Shown: positions 44,513 to 54,115 of the stretch, in pieces | Numbering within the stretch: the first letter of the stretch is position 1 | How the letters are laid out: each line of letters opens with the position of its first letter | Assembly (NCBI GenBank): GCA_015490755.1 | Contig: WFXF01000041.1 | Span: 64,002-128,001 of the forward strand | Direction of reading: 5' to 3' | Length of the DNA stretch: 64,000 bases | DNA from: Gammaproteobacteria bacterium | Lineage (GTDB): Bacteria > Pseudomonadota > Gammaproteobacteria > JAADGQ01 | Notes under the pieces: model-generated | Database searches by the model: none | What the model saw: only the letters and a program-made list of their open reading frames with translations | Told to the model about the DNA's origin: nothing | Program-made: the position numbers and the translations under genes

Positions 44513-45273
44513 GCGGTGCAATACCCGATATAAAAAAAGACGAAGTATTGATTTATGGTTTGCATACGGTGACAGCCGCTCTTAAAAAGCGCCCAAAAGC
44601 GATATGCAGCCTATGGTTTGATGATTCACGTCATGATGAGCGCATGAAGTCTTTGCTTAGGTTAGCAGAAAAATTTTCAGTGCCACTGTATAGCGTACCT
44701 AAAAAAAATATTGAAGCGGTTTGTCCGGAGTCATCACATCAGGGAGTGGTGGCGATTGTCAAGAGTGTTTCTCCGCGAGGTGAAAGTGATCTTCTGGAGA
44801 TGCTTAAACATTTAGAAGAACCTCCCTTTTTACTGATCCTTGATAATATTCAGGACCCTCATAATTTAGGCGCATGTATACGTACTGCGAATGCATGTGG
44901 TGTACATGCGGTGATTGTGCCTAAGGATCGTGCAGTAGGGTTGACTCCTGTAGTGCGCAAAGTCTCTTGTGGTGCAACTGAAAGCACGCCTTTTGTGCAA
45001 GTGACTAATTTGGCACGTACCATGCGTATGTTGCAAAAACAAGGTATCTGGATGATCGGCGCTGCTATGGAGGGTAAAAGCTCTGTTCATCAAGCGTCAC
45101 TGACAGGAGCTCTTGCTTTGGTTATGGGAGCAGAAGGGCGTGGTTTGCGCCGTTTGACTCGGGAAAATTGTGATGCATTGATTAATATTCCTATGGTAGG
45201 TGATGTTGAAAGTTTGAATGTTTCAGTTGCCACGGGCGTTTGTCTTTATGAAGCTCATCGACAACGACAGTAA
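44509..45273 (+). CDS. rlmB: 23S rRNA (Gm2251) 2'-O-methyltransferase RlmB (SpoU family)
   Basis: 254 aa SPOUT methyltransferase. Overlaps the rnr stop. rnr-rlmB synteny. Confidence 0.8.
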   Translation: MSGAIPDIKKDEVLIYGLHTVTAALKKRPKAICSLWFDDSRHDERMKSLLRLAEKFSVPLYSVPKKNIEAVCPESSHQGVVAIVKSVSPRGESDLLEMLKHLEEPPFLLILDNIQDPHNLGACIRTANACGVHAVIVPKDRAVGLTPVVRKVSCGATESTPFVQVTNLARTMRMLQKQGIWMIGAAMEGKSSVHQASLTGALALVMGAEGRGLRRLTRENCDALINIPMVGDVESLNVSVATGVCLYEAHRQRQ

Positions 45274-45303
45274 AAAACAGTTAACAGGATTGAAAAATAA
45301 ATT

Positions 45304-46722
45304 ATGAGTGTTCGTACCCGTTTTGCACCGAGTCCAACAGGTTATTTGCATGTAGGTGGTGCACGCACCGCGCTTTTTTCATGGCTCTATGCTCGTAAGC
45401 ATGGTGGTTCATTTATTTTACGTATCGAAGATACTGATCAGGAACGTTCTACTGCTGAGTCGGTTAATGCCATTTTGGAAGGTATGACATGGCTCGGCCT
45501 GGAGTATGATGAAGGTCCGTTATATCAGACTGACCGTTTTGCTCGATATGACGAAGTGATCCAGAAGCTTTTGGAGGAAGGTAAAGCTTACTATTGTTAT
45601 TGCTCAAAAGATAAGCTGGAAATTATGCGTGCCAAGCAGATGGCCCGTAAAGAGAAGCCTCGTTATGATGGCTGTTGTCGGAATGGAGTTGATTCACCGC
45701 CCGAAGGTGTCAGCCCTGTTGTTCGATTTAAAACTCCGAAAAATGGCTCTGTAGTGATTGATGACCGGGTTCGCGGTCAAGTGGTTTTTCAAAATAGTGA
45801 ACTGGATGATCTGGTTATTGCCCGTTCTGATGGCACACCAACCTATAACTTGACTGTTGTAGTCGATGATCTGGATATGGGGTTAACTCATATTATTCGA
45901 GGTGATGATCACCTGAATAATACGCCCCGCCAGATTAATATTATGAAAGCATTAGGTGTTGTTGATATTCCGAGTTACGCTCATGTTCCCATGATTTTGG
46001 GGGATGATGGCAAGCGACTTTCAAAGAGACATGGTGCCGTGGGTGTCATGCAGTATCGTGATGATGGTTACCTTCCTGAGGCATTATTAAACTATTTAGT
46101 GCGGTTGGGTTGGTCTCATGGTGACCAAGAGATCTTTTCTTTAGATGAGTTGATCGAGTTGTTTGATGATAAAGATATTAATAATTCAGCATCTACTTTC
46201 AATACAAGTAAGCTGCTCTGGCTGAATCAGCACTACATAATGAATAGTGCGCCAGAGCATATTGCACACCACTTAAGTTGGCATATGGGTCAATTGGGTA
46301 TCGATCCAAGTCAAGGGCCAAGCCTTGTTGATGTTGTGCTTGCAACGAGAGAGCGCTCAAAGACACTGGTTGAAATGGCGCAGGGTAGTTTGTTTTTTTA
46401 TAAAGATTTTGAAGAATTTGATGTCAAGGCAGCTAAAAAGAATTTGAAAGCCGCCATTCAAAAGCCACTGATGGCACTGCGTGACCAGCTGGAAGCACTG
46501 GAACTCTGGAAGGGTGAAGCGATCTACAATGCAGTTATTGAAACGGCTAAGAGTTTTGAGATAAAAATGGGTAAATTGGCTCAACCACTTCGTGTTGCGA
46601 TTACGGGTAATTCAATGTCACCACCGATTGATATTACTGCCGAATTGATTGGCAAGGAAAGAGTGTTGAAACGCATTGATTTCGCATTAAAGTATATACA
46701 AAATCGTATGGATAAAAATTAG
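45304..46722 (+). CDS. gltX: Glutamyl-tRNA synthetase
   Basis: 472 aa. Class I motifs: HIGH region ([15 protein letters not shown]) and KMSKS variant (LSKR). Confidence 0.92.
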   Translation: MSVRTRFAPSPTGYLHVGGARTALFSWLYARKHGGSFILRIEDTDQERSTAESVNAILEGMTWLGLEYDEGPLYQTDRFARYDEVIQKLLEEGKAYYCYCSKDKLEIMRAKQMARKEKPRYDGCCRNGVDSPPEGVSPVVRFKTPKNGSVVIDDRVRGQVVFQNSELDDLVIARSDGTPTYNLTVVVDDLDMGLTHIIRGDDHLNNTPRQINIMKALGVVDIPSYAHVPMILGDDGKRLSKRHGAVGVMQYRDDGYLPEALLNYLVRLGWSHGDQEIFSLDELIELFDDKDINNSASTFNTSKLLWLNQHYIMNSAPEHIAHHLSWHMGQLGIDPSQGPSLVDVVLATRERSKTLVEMAQGSLFFYKDFEEFDVKAAKKNLKAAIQKPLMALRDQLEALELWKGEAIYNAVIETAKSFEIKMGKLAQPLRVAITGNSMSPPIDITAELIGKERVLKRIDFALKYIQNRMDKN

Positions 46723-46734
46723 TAAAAAAAAGTC

Positions 46735-46763
46735 TTGACGAACATAATATCGTTACGTATTAT
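46735..46763 (+). promoter_or_regulatory. Sigma-70-type promoter of the tRNA-Ala/tRNA-Glu operon
   Basis: TTGACG (46735-46740), a 17-nt spacer, then TATTAT (46758-46763). A GC-rich discriminator (CCTTAGCGCG) follows. About 18 nt upstream of the tRNA-Ala 5' end. Confidence 0.6.
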
Positions 46764-46781
46764 GCCGATTCCTTAGCGCGA

Positions 46782-46857
46782 GGGGCCATAGCTCAGCTGG
46801 GAGAGCGCTACACTGGCAGTGTAGAGGTCGGCGGTTCGATCCCGCCTGGCTCCACCA
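46782..46857 (+). tRNA. tRNA-Ala (anticodon GGC) with G3:U70 identity pair and encoded CCA
   Basis: GGGGCCATAGCTCAGCTGGGAGAGCGCTACACTGGCAGTGTAGAGGTCGGCGGTTCGATCCCGCCTGGCTCCACCA. Cloverleaf folds. The anticodon loop CTGGCAG gives GGC. Confidence 0.9.
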
Positions 46858-46893
46858 AAGTTATGGGTCTCGTGCTAGAGAGGTAAGTCCTAC

Positions 46894-46969
<76 letters not shown>

Positions 46970-47014
46970 TACATATCCGGTTTTCAACCGGGATGCTGTA
47001 GTAAATACAGCAAT

Positions 47015-47554
47015 CTAAAGTCTCTGGTCAAGCACGATGTGCTTGACCAGAGTTTTTAGTAACTCTTTCCAGCGCTTGCTGGATGTCTCTTCGAAAGTTC
47101 TAGCCAATGTTTTTAGTGTCTTGGCCATGTCAGACTCGCTGAGGTTGGCAAGTACCTTCTGTACGGAGGTTTCTTGCTCCACGCGACCTATCTGCGCCTC
47201 AAGGCTTCTACGCTGGGCGGTCAGCTCGTTAACCTTCTCAAGCGCTGGATCTGGGTCATCCAACTTTACGATCAAATCCATCGTTTTCTTGATCTGACTG
47301 TTGATGAGCGTGATTTCATCGCGAAACCCAATAGTCGGGTCGTTGAGTGTTGAGTGTGCTGCTTTCCTTGTGCTTTTAGTCACATCGGCGATAAATTTAG
47401 GATAGACCATATCGCCCAATATCTTATTCGTGAGTGCTGTATCGACAATGGACATATTGAGCCAGCGGCTTTTCTTGCCGCGTTTGGGTTTGGTGCGGTA
47501 GTGTTGTTGCCGGTCGCCCATCCACTGCGTATTATTGCGAACGTGAACACCCAA
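47015..47554 (-). pseudogene. Probable C-terminal remnant of a recombinase (coiled-coil plus a terminal large-serine-recombinase-like tail); assignment speculative
   Basis: 179-aa ORF with no upstream catalytic domain. Coiled-coil segment LEKVNELTAQRRSLEAQIGRVEQE and tail LVKHIVLDQRL. GC-rich. Its start codon in the track is TTG. The 3' end abuts the tRNA terminator. Confidence 0.25.
47023..47057 (+). terminator. Rho-independent terminator after tRNA-Glu
   Basis: Perfect 13-bp stem TCTGGTCAAGCAC / GTGCTTGACCAGA with a 3-nt loop, followed by GTTTTT. Confidence 0.7.
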
Positions 47555-47844
47555 TGGCGGTCATCGTGAACATCAACTTCCACCGCCCCTGCTTTTTCCC
47601 GGAAACCTGCACCGATGCCAGGGGAAAACAGCGCAAGGTCTACCGCTACGAGGACATGATGACGCCCTATGACAAGCTTAAATCACTCACCAACGCCAAG
47701 GATTATTTGAAGCCTGGTCTCAGCTTTGAAATACTCGACAAGCTCGCTCACCAGATCAGCGACAACCAGGCGGCGGACCGGCTCCAAAAGGCCCGCCAGA
47801 CACTATTCAAAACCATTCATGGGCGGACCCTGAAAACCGGCTGA
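47554..47844 (+). pseudogene. Short GC-rich ORF, possible C-terminal fragment of a DDE (rve-like) transposase/integrase
   Basis: 96 aa. The N..RP(C) segment (NFHRPCFF) and MTPYDKL resemble the YN..RPH...TP.E tail of IS3/IS481-type transposases. No upstream catalytic domain. Weak. Confidence 0.2.
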
Positions 47845-48155
47845 CAAAACACGCTCTCACCCTCTCTTCAGACTCATTTATGGATTGGAAAATACTGACC
47901 GTCTAATTGGTTTATCTGACGGTGCCAGTAGTCTATGGATAGTTCCTGTGAGAGAGAATGTTCATGTGGTACATCTTGTGTGTATTCCCAAACTCATGAT
48001 TTTTCAAAATGTGAATTGAGGTGGTCTGCTCAACCTCCCCAAAAAAGAGGCGCACCAAGCCGTGTTTTCATGGTGTAGTTGGTAGAGTGGGAATTCCCTG
48101 AGTCGTAAAACAGGGCCAGGCGACTCGCCTGCCATTTCGAGTGCAAACGGCGTCT

Positions 48156-49073
48156 TCAGCTCCAGGGGCCGCCTGGTTTCCACTTCAAGGTAAAATTCTC
48201 CTCACACACCAAAGCCTGCGTTGGTGGAACAAGAAACTTCTCCAGGAAATGGCAAGTATCTTCCAGTGACAGCGGTGTGGCGACGAGCATCCCTTTTCTC
48301 AGGAAAGCATTCCACTGCATGTTCTTTTGCCTATCTTCATAAAATTCGGGACTAAACCCGGATGGCGTCTGTTTCGGCAGTGGTGTGCGACGACACGAGA
48401 AGGTGTTGCCGACTGCTTCGGACAATATTGATCCGTCGAAATCAAACGAACGGGCAATGACCCAAATATCGTAGAAATCTTTCATTCGGCTATTCGCCAT
48501 GCCCAGATTGACCAGCGCTTGGTATTTTTCCGCCACCACCGTTTCTCGGGGATACGCTCTCAAACGAGGTGTGGGTGTATCCAACAGAGTGGGATATTCG
48601 ATCTCTCTTGCTTCGGGTGTTACGACATCCCCAAAACCGATGTCGGCATGAATCGATATTCTGGCTCCGGCCAGATCACCGAACAATTTTACCCGCATGC
48701 CTCCATATTCTGATTCGTCGCGAATTGCCTCAACTCGCACACTCTCTGGCGCTAGGGTTATACCGTCATCCTCGACAGGGAAGTTACAGAGTTCCTGAAA
48801 GATTGCTTGCAGGCTTAGTTCACTGCTGTCGCCAAAGCCAAGAAAATCAACATCGCGTGTTGGACGGTGCGGTTGATCACTCCAAACCATGAAAAGCATC
48901 GCGCCCTTCAGAATAAAGCGATCCCGATAGTTTGATTGGCTTAGGCGGTACAAGAGCCGTTCCAATCCGTATTGAGTCAGGAGTAGTTGGAAATCTTCAC
49001 CTCTTTTCCGTGCCAGTGACAGTAATCGGTCACGCATTGAGGCTGCAGTGTTTTCCCCACGTTTATCATTCAT
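48156..49073 (-). CDS. abiEii: AbiEii/AbiGii-family nucleotidyltransferase toxin (type IV TA, DUF1814)
   Basis: 305 aa. The N-terminus MRDRLLSLARKRGEDFQLLLTQYGLERLLYRL is typical of AbiEii. 4-bp overlap with the upstream antitoxin gene. GC-rich. Confidence 0.75.
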   Translation of the reverse strand: MNDKRGENTAASMRDRLLSLARKRGEDFQLLLTQYGLERLLYRLSQSNYRDRFILKGAMLFMVWSDQPHRPTRDVDFLGFGDSSELSLQAIFQELCNFPVEDDGITLAPESVRVEAIRDESEYGGMRVKLFGDLAGARISIHADIGFGDVVTPEAREIEYPTLLDTPTPRLRAYPRETVVAEKYQALVNLGMANSRMKDFYDIWVIARSFDFDGSILSEAVGNTFSCRRTPLPKQTPSGFSPEFYEDRQKNMQWNAFLRKGMLVATPLSLEDTCHFLEKFLVPPTQALVCEENFTLKWKPGGPWS

Positions 49074-49681
49074 GTCGCGACTGACTCCAGGTAGGGACGC
49101 ATGACATTGCGGACACGGCAGATATCAGCGTAGTGCCACAGATCATCCATAGTACAGCGCCGCGCCTGCCAACACTCCCTGAGTGCCTCAATGGCAACGT
49201 CCAGGCCGATTTTATTCCGGTATTTAAAACAGTCTGCAACCGTTTTGGCAGGGCAATATACCTGTACAGTGACTCCCTCGATTTGGTGTTTTTCAATACC
49301 CGCATCAAGGGTAGTTTGGGAGAATCGCACGATACGCAGCGGTGGATACTCAATACGCGGTCGCCAAGCTTTTTCACCTATGGCTAGCCAGACTTCAAAT
49401 GGCGCTTGGGTTGTAAGTTCGTGAAAGCGCAGAGCGGATAGTAGGCAGACCACGCCCTTGGGTACTCGTTTACAGACCTCGGCCAGTGAATGGTGTTCAG
49501 TAGCGTCGCTCCCTGGCAGGACATAAAGGCCACGGCCAATCCGTTGTAGTTTACTGGCATCACAAAGGCGGCTGAGATAGGTTCTGGGGATGCCGTGGGA
49601 ATCCAGGTCTCGGGGACGCAGAACGCCCTTATTCTTGACCATCTCCAGGACTCTTTCTGTGTGTGTGGCTCTGAGTTTCAT
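49070..49681 (-). CDS. abiEi: AbiEi-family antitoxin / transcriptional autoregulator (type IV TA)
   Basis: N-terminal wHTH (VLRPRDLDSHGIPRTYLSRLCDASKLQRIGRGLYVLP), characteristic of AbiEi_4. Start set at the ATG at 49681 (MKLRATH). A perfect inverted-repeat operator lies immediately upstream. Confidence 0.7.
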   Translation of the reverse strand: MKLRATHTERVLEMVKNKGVLRPRDLDSHGIPRTYLSRLCDASKLQRIGRGLYVLPGSDATEHHSLAEVCKRVPKGVVCLLSALRFHELTTQAPFEVWLAIGEKAWRPRIEYPPLRIVRFSQTTLDAGIEKHQIEGVTVQVYCPAKTVADCFKYRNKIGLDVAIEALRECWQARRCTMDDLWHYADICRVRNVMRPYLESVAT

Positions 49682-49687
49682 GGCATT

Positions 49688-49739
49688 AATGTTACAATAC
49701 CTAGTGTAATGCATACAACTCTTTAGGTATTGTAACATT
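49688..49739. promoter_or_regulatory. Putative AbiEi operator: perfect 16-bp inverted repeats AATGTTACAATACCTA / TAGGTATTGTAACATT separated by 20 bp
   Basis: Seen directly at 49688-49703 and 49724-49739, just 5' of the abiEi start on the minus strand. AbiEi antitoxins are known to autoregulate via paired inverted repeats. Confidence 0.6.
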
Positions 49740-50008
49740 GAGGGGTATTTCTTATAGTAGCTCGGTTGTCATGTAACATGTTGATTGTTTTTGATAAATG
49801 CAACTTCTTTGGCAACACAGCTTGTCTGTTCTTTGTGATCAGCAGATACCGGATATCTATCGCGTACCCTTGGGGACGCCATATTTGGCCTGTTATCCAC
49901 TGCAAACCTGTAGTGGATTCAGCAATCTAAAGTCTCTCGACCAGAGGTCTTATAGGTTATTTACAGCGCTCTTTCGGTATCGGCCGGAAGTTCTCAGCGA
50001 AATTTTTC

Positions 50009-50345
50009 GGCTCTATGTGATTTATAGTGGGTAGGTGTCATAATCTGCAGTCGTAGTGTAGGTCGGGTTAGCGCAGCGTAATCCGACAAAGTAATTGACG
50101 AGAGACATGACACCAATCCAGCAAGCCACAACTCATTCACTACCCACATCCGCCGCTAACACCTTCCTTTCCATCATGTCGGGTCAGCTCCTCCCGCTAG
50201 AAAACATCATAACGCATTGACATATAAAGAAAATGCGATAAAAAGTTTACGAAATAATTATGTTTAACTTATTGACTATAAAGTAAAATTTTCTCTGTCG
50301 GGAGTTCTTGATGTCGGGTTACGCTGCGCTAACCCGACCTACGTT
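50009..50345. repeat. MITE-like element copy 2, extended form, with a 127-bp nested insertion
   Basis: Shares the 49-bp left extension GGCTCTATGTGATTTATAGTGGGTAGGTGTCATAATCTGCAGTCGTAGT with copy 3. The 30-bp TIRs are at 50058-50087 and 50313-50342. The internal 127 bp (50184-50310) are absent from copies 1 and 3 and are flanked by a duplicated ATGTCGGG. Confidence 0.75.
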
Positions 50346-50524
50346 ACTCTGCTCTGCCTGAAGAGCGTAGTGCGGGAAATACGCACGCTACGTTCTATGG
50401 GAATCGGTGAGGGATGCCGTGGGGCATCCCCCTATCCCGATTAGCTGTTCACGAAGCTTTCTCAATATCTCAAGTTTATGGAATATTTGGCGTAATTACA
50501 TTATAGTTACTTAATATTTCTGGA

Positions 50525-50794
50525 TTGGAGAGAATAAAAATGGCTCATTTAGTTAAGATCGGAAATTCTCAAGGTATTAGAATCCCTAAGCCTTTAGTTG
50601 AGCAGGCTCACCTGGAAGGAAAAGAGCTTAAGTTACAGTTGGTTAACGAGGGCTTGCTTATTACACCTGAAAAAGAAGCTAGGAATGGGTGGAAAGAAGC
50701 AATAGAAGGAGTGATTTCGGATCAAGGCCAAGAAGCACTAGATAGTGAATGGCTTGATACCCCTTTGGCTTCGGATGATGAACTAGAATGGTGA
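50525..50794 (+). CDS. mazE: MazE/PemI-like antitoxin (SpoVT/AbrB-type swapped-hairpin domain)
   Basis: 89 aa. VKIGNSQGIRIPKPL AbrB/MazE motif and an acidic C-terminal tail. Overlaps the downstream toxin gene. Confidence 0.75.
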   Translation: MERIKMAHLVKIGNSQGIRIPKPLVEQAHLEGKELKLQLVNEGLLITPEKEARNGWKEAIEGVISDQGQEALDSEWLDTPLASDDELEW

Positions 50795-51111
50795 TGGTAA
50801 AGCGATTTGATGTATGGCTCGTTGATCTCAATCCTGCCAAGGGGCGAGAAATCAATAAGACACGGCCCTGTATTGTGATATCTCCAAATGAAATGTCAGC
50901 GTTGTCTACGGTACTTATGGCTCCAATGACAACAAAGGGCTTTGATTTTCCTTGCCGTATTAAGTGTAGGTTTAAGGGCAAAAGTGGTCTGATCTTGCTT
51001 GATCAAATTAGGGCGATAGATAAGTCTAGGTTGGTAAAAAAGCTTGGAACAATTAGCGCCAAAACACAGATCGAATTGTGTTCCTGTTTACAGGAGATGT
51101 TCGAGCATTAA
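50788..51111 (+). CDS. mazF: MazF/PemK-family endoribonuclease toxin
   Basis: 107 aa. RFDVWLVDLNPAKGREINKTRPCIVISPN matches the MazF/PemK N-terminal signature. Coupled to mazE. Confidence 0.78.
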   Translation: MVMVKRFDVWLVDLNPAKGREINKTRPCIVISPNEMSALSTVLMAPMTTKGFDFPCRIKCRFKGKSGLILLDQIRAIDKSRLVKKLGTISAKTQIELCSCLQEMFEH

Positions 51112-51140
51112 AACAGCTAACGAATAAGGTTAGATCTGAA

Positions 51141-51347
51141 GGCTCTATGTGATTTATAGTGGGTAAGTGTCATAATCTGCAGTCGTAGTGTAGGTCGGGT
51201 TAGCGCAGCGTAACCCGACAAAGCAATTGACGAGAAACATGACACCAATCCAGCAAAGCAAGCCACAACTTATTCACTACCCACATCCGCCGCTAACACC
51301 TTCCTTTCCATCATGTCGGGTTACGCTGCGCTAACCCGACCTACGTC
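51141..51347. repeat. MITE-like element copy 3, extended form, intact
   Basis: Same 49-bp left extension as copy 2, then the 155-bp core at 51190-51344 with perfect 30-bp TIRs. About 95% identical to copy 1 over the core. Confidence 0.8.
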
Positions 51348-51742
51348 TGAGTTTCAATCCCGTTCATAAGTCCATAAGTCCGGTCAGTTATTACCTGTCG
51401 TGTCGTAAGTTATTGTTTTTAAAAGCCCGAAAACACAGTTTTCGGCCCATCTCCAATTTCTGCTGACACCTCCTGACAGGCTTTGTCTATAATGGCAGTT
51501 TTTTTCCTTTAAAATCAATCATCTATTTGCTTTTTATAAGCTATTGATTAATATAGGTTTTCGTTACTTATCACCATATGCCAAGGCTTGAATGTTTGGT
51601 GGGCCGATAAGAATGATTCTTGTTTGTGACTAGATCTATAATTCTTTAATCTCTTGGAGTCTGATTCTCCGTGGCTTGCCACGTTATAAAAAAGTTGTTG
51701 CGATGAAATTTCAATGGCTGTGAAATGTTTCTCAATAATTGC

Positions 51743-52348
51743 TTATCTTTTATACCAATGCTGACGCAGTGCCGTGAAAACTTTATTGGGGTATTTAGAG
51801 CTTCCAAGGCTGCCATTATAGCGGCCTAATGCTCGCGTATAATTTCCTTTTTCCATATCCAGGTAGTGACGCAAAATCGTGCAGCCAAAGCGTAAATTAA
51901 TACTGACATGAAATAAGTTGTCATCAGGACGACCAATTTCTTTGAGCCAGAAGGGCATGATTTGCATAAGGCCACGAGCGCCCGCAGAAGAGATCGCCCA
52001 GCGATCAAAATTACTCTCTACGTCAATGACGGCTAAAACCATTTCCGGCGGCAGATTGGCACGTTTGGCTTCAAAATGAACGGCTTTGAGAAGTTCAATG
52101 CGTTTTTTATCATCTTTGATCCGTTTTTTGAGCCGATGGGAATAATCAGTGAGCCAGACCTCGGCATCAAAGCGATTTTGAAAGCTGTCAGTCTCATTGA
52201 TGGCCTTGATCAAGGCGTTACGTAGTGTTTTATCTGAATGTTGAGGGGATGTTGAGGCAAAAACTTCACTGTTAAAAGCAATTAAAGCCAGGCATACAAG
52301 AAGGCTGATGACCAGCCTTTTTTGTATATTAATCGTCCCTGCTTTCAT
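51743..52348 (-). CDS. Lytic transglycosylase (Slt-domain) family protein
   Basis: 201 aa. Signal/anchor sequence, then the catalytic motif ESNF....S.AGA.GLMQ (VESNFDRWAISSAGARGLMQ). Immediately downstream of proS. Confidence 0.75.
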   Translation of the reverse strand: MKAGTINIQKRLVISLLVCLALIAFNSEVFASTSPQHSDKTLRNALIKAINETDSFQNRFDAEVWLTDYSHRLKKRIKDDKKRIELLKAVHFEAKRANLPPEMVLAVIDVESNFDRWAISSAGARGLMQIMPFWLKEIGRPDDNLFHVSINLRFGCTILRHYLDMEKGNYTRALGRYNGSLGSSKYPNKVFTALRQHWYKR

Positions 52349-52367
52349 TGATTTTTATGCTTGAAAT

Positions 52368-54074
52368 TTATATTTTACTTGTAATAAACGATATCACCTG
52401 GTCAATAGCGATATCCCGTGCTTCGCTGTCACTGCGATATTTGTATTCAATAGTACCGGCTTCCAGGCCACGATTACTGATCACTAACCGGTGTGGGATA
52501 CCAATCAACTCCATATCGGCAAACATAATTCCTGCACGCTCTTTTCGATCATCAAATATGACATCAATATCGGCGGCTTGAAGTTCTTCATAAAGTTTTT
52601 GTGCGGTTTCACGCACCTGTGTGGATTTGTGCATATTCATGGGAACCAGAGCAACCTGAAAGGGTGCCAGTGCCTGGGGCCAGATGATGCCTTTGTTATC
52701 ACTGTTTTGCTCAATGGCTGAGGCAACGATGCGTGAGACTCCGATGCCGTAACAACCCATCTGCATCGTAACTTTTTTACCATTTTCATTGAGGCAGGCG
52801 GCGTTCATGGCAGTGCTGTATTTATCACCGAGCTGGAATATATGGCCGACTTCAATGCCACGGGCGATAGAGAGTTGACCCTGGCCATCGGGGCTGGCAT
52901 CACCTTCTACAACATTACGCAGATCAGCGACTTGAGGTTCTGGCAGGTCACGTCCCCAGTTCACGCCAGTTAAATGTTTGTTATTTTCATTGGCACCGCA
53001 AACAAAATCAGCAAGGTGTGCTGCACTGTGGTCAGCAATGATGGTGATTTCAAGGCCAACCGGTCCGACAAAGCCTGGTTCACAGTTTGCAATGGCTTTG
53101 ACTTGCGCTTCCGATATCAATGTAAGTGGTGTTGCAATGGCCTCCAGTTTTTCAGCTTTAGTCGTATTTAATTCGTGATCACCGCGTAGCACCAGTGCAA
53201 CGATTGAACCTTCTTCACTACCTTGTACAAGTAAAGTTTTGATGCAATGAATCGCATCAATTTTGAGGAAATCACTGACATCATTGATGCTTTTTTGGTT
53301 TGGAGTATCAACCGTTTTCAGAGAAGCATTTGCGCCCGGTCGATCACCTGACGGTGCAACTGCTTCAGCGAGCTCTACATTTGCGGCGTAATCGCTCGCA
53401 TTCGAGAATGCGATGGCATCTTCACCGGAATCAGCCAATACATGAAATTCATGGGATGTATTGCCGCCAATGCTGCCTGTATCTGCCTGAACAGGACGGT
53501 AGTCTAGCCCTAATCGATTGAAAATACGTGAGTAGGTGGCAAACATTGTATTGTAAGTTTCTTGCAATGAATCTTGATTTGCATGAAAAGAGTAAGCATC
53601 TTTCATTAAAAATTCACGGGCACGCATCACGCCGAAACGAGGGCGAATTTCATCACGGAATTTTGTCTGTATCTGATAAAAAATAGCAGGTAGTTGCTTG
53701 TAACTGTGAATCTCCTTGCTGACAAAATCTGTAATTACCTCTTCGTGGGTGGGGCCAAAACAGAATTTACGGTGGTGGCGATCATTGAGGCGCAGAAGTT
53801 CAGAGCCGTATTGATCCCAACGTCCAGACTCTTCCCAGAGTTCGGCGGGTTGTATTGCTGGCATTAATAGCTCCTGTGCGCCGACACGATCCATCTCTTG
53901 TCGTACGATAGCTTCTACTTTGCGCAAAACGCGCAGCCCCATCGGTAGCCAGATATAGAGGCCGGAAGCCAGTTTACGGATCATACCGGCGCGTAACATA
54001 AGTTTGTGGCTGGTGGTGACCGCCTCGCTCGGTGTCTCTTTGACGGTGGCGAGTAGAAATTGTGTGGTACGCAT
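52368..54074 (-). CDS. proS: Prolyl-tRNA synthetase
   Basis: 568 aa class II aaRS with the bacterial-type editing-domain insertion. The N-terminus [15 protein letters not shown] is typical of ProS. Confidence 0.92.
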   Translation of the reverse strand: MRTTQFLLATVKETPSEAVTTSHKLMLRAGMIRKLASGLYIWLPMGLRVLRKVEAIVRQEMDRVGAQELLMPAIQPAELWEESGRWDQYGSELLRLNDRHHRKFCFGPTHEEVITDFVSKEIHSYKQLPAIFYQIQTKFRDEIRPRFGVMRAREFLMKDAYSFHANQDSLQETYNTMFATYSRIFNRLGLDYRPVQADTGSIGGNTSHEFHVLADSGEDAIAFSNASDYAANVELAEAVAPSGDRPGANASLKTVDTPNQKSINDVSDFLKIDAIHCIKTLLVQGSEEGSIVALVLRGDHELNTTKAEKLEAIATPLTLISEAQVKAIANCEPGFVGPVGLEITIIADHSAAHLADFVCGANENNKHLTGVNWGRDLPEPQVADLRNVVEGDASPDGQGQLSIARGIEVGHIFQLGDKYSTAMNAACLNENGKKVTMQMGCYGIGVSRIVASAIEQNSDNKGIIWPQALAPFQVALVPMNMHKSTQVRETAQKLYEELQAADIDVIFDDRKERAGIMFADMELIGIPHRLVISNRGLEAGTIEYKYRSDSEARDIAIDQVISFITSKI

Positions 54075-54115
54075 GGGGTGGGTTTATCCTTAAATATTAC
54101 AAATAACTAAAAATT

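Noticed and set aside
47037-47569. Plus-strand ORFs 47037-47297 and 47354-47569 as the coding frame in the GC-rich islet left arm
   Set aside because: Their products are low-complexity Ser/Leu-rich, characteristic of the antisense of a coiled-coil coding region. The minus-strand 179-aa frame has a coherent coiled coil and a recombinase-like tail. Neither is confidently a functional gene.
50346-50524. GGGATGCCGTGGGGCATCCC hairpin and nearby imperfect palindromes upstream of mazE as a distinct REP-like repeat family
   Set aside because: Only one copy was seen in this window, so a family cannot be claimed. It may simply be part of the mazE promoter/operator region.
51436-51458. Hairpin CCGAAAAC-ACA-GTTTTCGG in the mazF-slt intergenic region as a terminator
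   Set aside because: It is not followed by a T-tract on either strand, and it lies upstream of the minus-strand slt-like gene rather than at a gene 3' end. It may be incidental or a weak regulatory structure.
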